Positions 60,990 to 64,000 of a stretch of DNA of 64,000 nucleotides are shown here, piece by piece. A program made the translations under genes and the position numbers. Position 1 is the stretch's first letter. Each line of letters starts with the position of its first letter. This DNA comes from a virus, in IMG/VR virus record IMGVR_UViG_3300050343_000117, positions 64,001 to 128,000 of that record; one strand, given 5' to 3'. The notes under the pieces are model-generated. The model worked only from the letters and a program-made list of their open reading frames with translations, was not told the DNA's origin and ran no database searches.

Positions 60990-61297
60990 TATCTTCGCAT
61001 ACTCGCAAGGTCTTTCATCTGTTGTTCATCAATCACGGGGATTGCATTGGACTTGTGCATAGTGCCGATACCCTTGACTAGGGTTCCGGTGTAGTTCATT
61101 ATTTCTTTCTTTTCGGTACTGAAAGTACCCGAATCGTGAGATTTATAAACTGGAGTCTCCCTTCGATAAGGTTCACTCTTTACTTCCATAGGCTGGAATG
61201 TGGGGGTAGGTTTCTTCTTGGTAGACCAAGCGTTGTACGTCTTCTTTCTACCAGTAGTAGTATGTCGCATTGAACCGTGTATCATAATAACTCTCAA
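60989..61297 (-). CDS. Conserved T4-like hypothetical basic protein
   Basis: YTGTLVKGIGTMHKSNAIPV. Confidence 0.7.
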   Translation of the reverse strand: MRVIMIHGSMRHTTTGRKKTYNAWSTKKKPTPTFQPMEVKSEPYRRETPVYKSHDSGTFSTEKKEIMNYTGTLVKGIGTMHKSNAIPVIDEQQMKDLASMRR

Positions 61298-61323
61298 GTT
61301 GTTTCATAAAGTATACAATGTAT

Positions 61324-61353
61324 ATTATACAATACATTCTAGGGTGCTGTCAA
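61324..61353 (-). promoter_or_regulatory. Sigma70-type promoter
   Basis: TTGACA-18-TATAAT. Confidence 0.6.
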
Positions 61354-61494
61354 GTGTACAATCCTTTTACATTCATTGAAACGTCGGATACTAGTGAGTA
61401 CTCCGAACAAGTCATCGTCAGCCTTCTGAGAGAAACTCAACCAGATGATTAACATGACTCGTAGTGTCCAGAGACCTACCTCTCTAAGAACCAT
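61339..61494 (-). CDS. Small hypothetical membrane protein (51 aa)
   Basis: Read by hand: MVLREVGLWTLRVMLIIWLSFSQKADDDLFGVL...; fills the gap. Confidence 0.4.
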   Translation of the reverse strand: MVLREVGLWTLRVMLIIWLSFSQKADDDLFGVLTSIRRFNECKRIVHLTAP

Positions 61495-62024
61495 TGTGGA
61501 ACCTCGCGGTTAGTCCACTTGGCAAAATACTTTTTCTCTTCACGATAATACTTACGGTACCCTTCGGTAACGACAGCCTCCTTACAGTGGTCTGGCATAC
61601 ATTGTGGCATGACCGTCTCTGGTCCTACCTGATTGATATTACGTGGAGAGAACCACAGAAGTCCAGACAACTTCTCATAGGTAGCATGGACTCGGCCATA
61701 TCGGTGAGTGTACTCTTTTGCACATGCGACAAAGTGATCGTACAACCATCGGTAATTCTTGTTGTTCTCACGACACCATATAGCAGATGGGTGGTTTTTG
61801 TGTGCAACTTTGTATAGCATATTCTCACGTGCTTCGCCATCGACTATATAATGGTCTACCATACGTTTTCCGGACTTGGAAGGTCGACGTTCGACAGACC
61901 CGTCAAGAACCCGATGCGCAGTCGAGAGTAGCTGACCGTACTCGGTAACCATCTTGACTACATGCTTGTCACACATCATCTGTGCAGATATCACTGGATC
62001 ATCATCTAATCTAAAAATATTCAT
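61476..62024 (-). CDS. Pyrimidine-dimer DNA glycosylase/endonuclease V family protein
   Basis: MNIF.LD.DP..SAQ..CDKHVVKM..E..QLLSTAH, HKNHPSAIW, EYTHRYG..H, YRKYY...K. Confidence 0.8.
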   Translation of the reverse strand: MNIFRLDDDPVISAQMMCDKHVVKMVTEYGQLLSTAHRVLDGSVERRPSKSGKRMVDHYIVDGEARENMLYKVAHKNHPSAIWCRENNKNYRWLYDHFVACAKEYTHRYGRVHATYEKLSGLLWFSPRNINQVGPETVMPQCMPDHCKEAVVTEGYRKYYREEKKYFAKWTNREVPQWFLER

Positions 62025-62066
62025 GTACTATATCCCCCATTTGGTTAGGATATTGTACAGTATAAA

Positions 62067-62504
62067 TTAGGTTCTGTCAACCCCCCTTGAAGATTTTTTT
62101 AACGTAGATGCAAACATTTTTAAAATAACAAGAATAGGGTCATACATCCACAGATACTTTTTGTGGCCACACCTAGACTCCATCTCTTCCCATGTCACGA
62201 ACTCTTGCGTCCAGTTATCTGCATATAGGTTGCCGACACGAAGTACCACATGACCTTGACCTTTCTTGGTGATGACTCTACGCAACTGTGCCTGCATAGT
62301 GAATACATTGATCCAAAAGTTGACCATTGATTTGTCACTCATCAACCACAGTAGTGTCAGCGCATAGTCTTCGCAGTCACCTTCGTATGGTGGTTCTTTT
62401 ATGATGTGCCACGTGTCAGATCCGTACTGATCATCATCGTATAGATACTTCCATGTTTCATTCAAGTGCGCGACGTGTTCGTCCATGTGTACTAAATCTA
62501 GCAT
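62067..62504 (-). CDS. Transglutaminase-like cysteine peptidase (BTLCP-like)
   Basis: D.W......EGDCEDYAL...GHVVL......DN catalytic Cys-His-Asp. Confidence 0.75.
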   Translation of the reverse strand: MLDLVHMDEHVAHLNETWKYLYDDDQYGSDTWHIIKEPPYEGDCEDYALTLLWLMSDKSMVNFWINVFTMQAQLRRVITKKGQGHVVLRVGNLYADNWTQEFVTWEEMESRCGHKKYLWMYDPILVILKMFASTLKKSSRGVDRT

Positions 62505-62541
62505 ATTTACACTCCTTTTGCCTATATGCGAACTTATTTAG

Positions 62542-62549
62542 TATAAATA
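62542..62549 (+). promoter_or_regulatory. T4-type late promoter TATAAATA
   Basis: Exact consensus 5 nt before the ATG at 62555. Confidence 0.7.
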
Positions 62550-62554
62550 AATGT

Positions 62555-62806
62555 ATGAAAGAATTATTTGACTTTGGTTTCACCGCAGTAGATGAGTCAG
62601 AGCTCGAAGCGTTTCAGGCGTTAGAGACTGTATCTGATGCTGTCGATGAAACCCAAACCCGTCTCGATAATCTATACAATGCGATTCAACCGCTCTTGAC
62701 TAACCTCAAGGCGAATCCTGAAAAGGAATACATCCTATGGCCGAATCGTTTAGATAAGATCGAGGAATTCGAAACACACATCCAAAACATCTATAAGGGA
62801 CCCTAA
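62555..62806 (+). CDS. Conserved T4-like late hypothetical protein
   Basis: FDFGFTAVDESEL...I.PLL.NLK.NPEKEYI.WPNR. Confidence 0.75.
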   Translation: MKELFDFGFTAVDESELEAFQALETVSDAVDETQTRLDNLYNAIQPLLTNLKANPEKEYILWPNRLDKIEEFETHIQNIYKGP

Positions 62807-62809
62807 CCA

Positions 62810-63655
62810 ATGTTTTTTAGCACAAAAGGCGAATCCATCTTGACCGATGGATCAAAACAGAAACAAGTCAAAGGAACATGGAAAGAAGGCGTTGCTGGTG
62901 CAATGAATTCTCACCTAAAATCAATCACTACTGAAAAGGGCAAGTACTTACGCCACGCATCAACAGAAGTTAATATGTCTGAAGAGATGTTGTCTCGCGG
63001 AGCAATGTTCGCGAACGCATTGACATCTCAAGGATATAAGAACATTTTGTTTGTTGGTCATTTTAATGACGGACAGACTCACTGGATGTTAGATAAGTTT
63101 GCTGGACGAATGGTTGATTTGATTCCACCAGAACGTGAGCACATGCACACATTCCCAGATATGAACATCATCGCCCAAGCAATACCTCTAGTAATGAGAG
63201 TCTACGGATACGAAGTAGATTTTACTGTTGCACGACCACCAGAAGCAAAGTATAAAGGTGCAATGCACTCATTATATGATATGTCTGGTGTAACAAATAA
63301 AGCACTAGAATGTTCACAACAATACAAGCACGGACAATCGTCTTGGACTCTAGACGGTGATCATGAGAAATTCGACGCAGTTGTTTTCCTAGGTGTACCT
63401 ATGGAAGATCAGTCAGTCGGTTTTGAAGAAGATCAAGTACGTGAGATATTTGCACCTATGTGCACCCCAGAATTTGATATGGTTGACATTTATTACGGAG
63501 CACCGTCTCCAGTTAAATGGTTCAATGGTGAAGAGAAAGACAGCAAGACAATGGTCGACACTGCGTTTGCTCTACGTTCAATGTGGGATAACCAAATGTC
63601 ATCAGGCCGCCCGGAAGAATGCGATATTATGCACAGCATGGTTAAAGTATTCTAA
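62810..63655 (+). CDS. Hypothetical protein (281 aa, alpha/beta)
   Basis: Long ORF between the late promoter and a terminator. Confidence 0.65.
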   Translation: MFFSTKGESILTDGSKQKQVKGTWKEGVAGAMNSHLKSITTEKGKYLRHASTEVNMSEEMLSRGAMFANALTSQGYKNILFVGHFNDGQTHWMLDKFAGRMVDLIPPEREHMHTFPDMNIIAQAIPLVMRVYGYEVDFTVARPPEAKYKGAMHSLYDMSGVTNKALECSQQYKHGQSSWTLDGDHEKFDAVVFLGVPMEDQSVGFEEDQVREIFAPMCTPEFDMVDIYYGAPSPVKWFNGEEKDSKTMVDTAFALRSMWDNQMSSGRPEECDIMHSMVKVF

Positions 63656-63684
63656 GGAACTTACCCGACAGTAAGAAAACGAAG

Positions 63685-63709
63685 AAGGGACCGAAAGGTC
63701 CCTTTTTTT
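63685..63709 (+). terminator. Intrinsic terminator
   Basis: AAGGGACC-GAAA-GGTCCCTT-TTTTT. Confidence 0.9.
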
Positions 63710-63851
63710 ACATCCAGAAAAGTATCAATCCGAAGATTGCGCACCAGATAAGAACATTAGGTCGGTAATCCCAGACTATTGCGAAGTCTATCGCAGTGTG
63801 CTTAACGAATTCTTTTGTGGAGCTCCACGCCTGTTTGAACGGTGGGTTCAT
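63708..63851 (-). CDS. Small membrane protein (47 aa)
   Basis: Read by hand: MNPPFKQAWS...WDYRPNVLIWCAIFGLILFWM*; GAGG RBS. Confidence 0.45.
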   Translation of the reverse strand: MNPPFKQAWSSTKEFVKHTAIDFAIVWDYRPNVLIWCAIFGLILFWM

Positions 63852-64000
63852 TATTAACCTCTACTTTAGCATTCGTAGGTAAACTCAGTTTTATATCTGC
63901 GTGAACATGATGAATGACAAATTGAACATCACTGAATTCCCTAAAGAATCCAGACCAAATAGGACGCCAGTTACTCGCCATGCGGTGTACATTCAGTGCA

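Noticed and set aside
1-64000. tRNA/rRNA genes, introns, inteins, integrase, stop-codon reassignment, host assignment
   Set aside because: None was recognisable. Core genes read through with the standard code and use all three stops. No host-diagnostic gene (for example photosynthesis genes) lies in the window.

Overview
The window is a 64-kb segment of a T4-like (Straboviridae/Kyanoviridae-type) myovirus genome; a marine host is likely but cannot be named from the sequence. Bases 1-47.4 kb are a late virion module with gp4, gp2, gp5, gp6, gp7-like, gp8, gp25, gp26/gp51, gp48, gp53, a tail-tube-fold gene, a probable tape measure, TATAAATA late promoters and an unusually diverse set of very long fibre genes. 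Bases 47.4-64 kb hold gp32, gp33, many small early genes behind a repeated sigma70-type promoter, and a DNA-modification island. Main results: (1) a 1580-aa protein has two arms of exactly 606 residues flanking an 81-aa tip domain; they mirror each other in register and follow a residue-pairing code, which predicts one intramolecular antiparallel beta-hairpin about 200 nm long; (2) this gene and a ~1320-aa collagen fibre gene are each followed by their own glycosyltransferase plus 2OG-Fe(II)-type oxygenase pair, suggesting fibre-specific post-translational modification cassettes; (3) a CmoA + Arg-substituted C5-cytosine transferase + asparagine-synthase-like ligase cluster (probable carboxymethyl/amidated cytosine) is flanked by two nucleases; (4) there is a likely -1 programmed frameshift joining gp26 and gp51 just upstream of the tape measure. 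About nine genes carry 1-2 nt indels that look like assembly errors. All product calls come from motif recognition by eye; no database searches were run.
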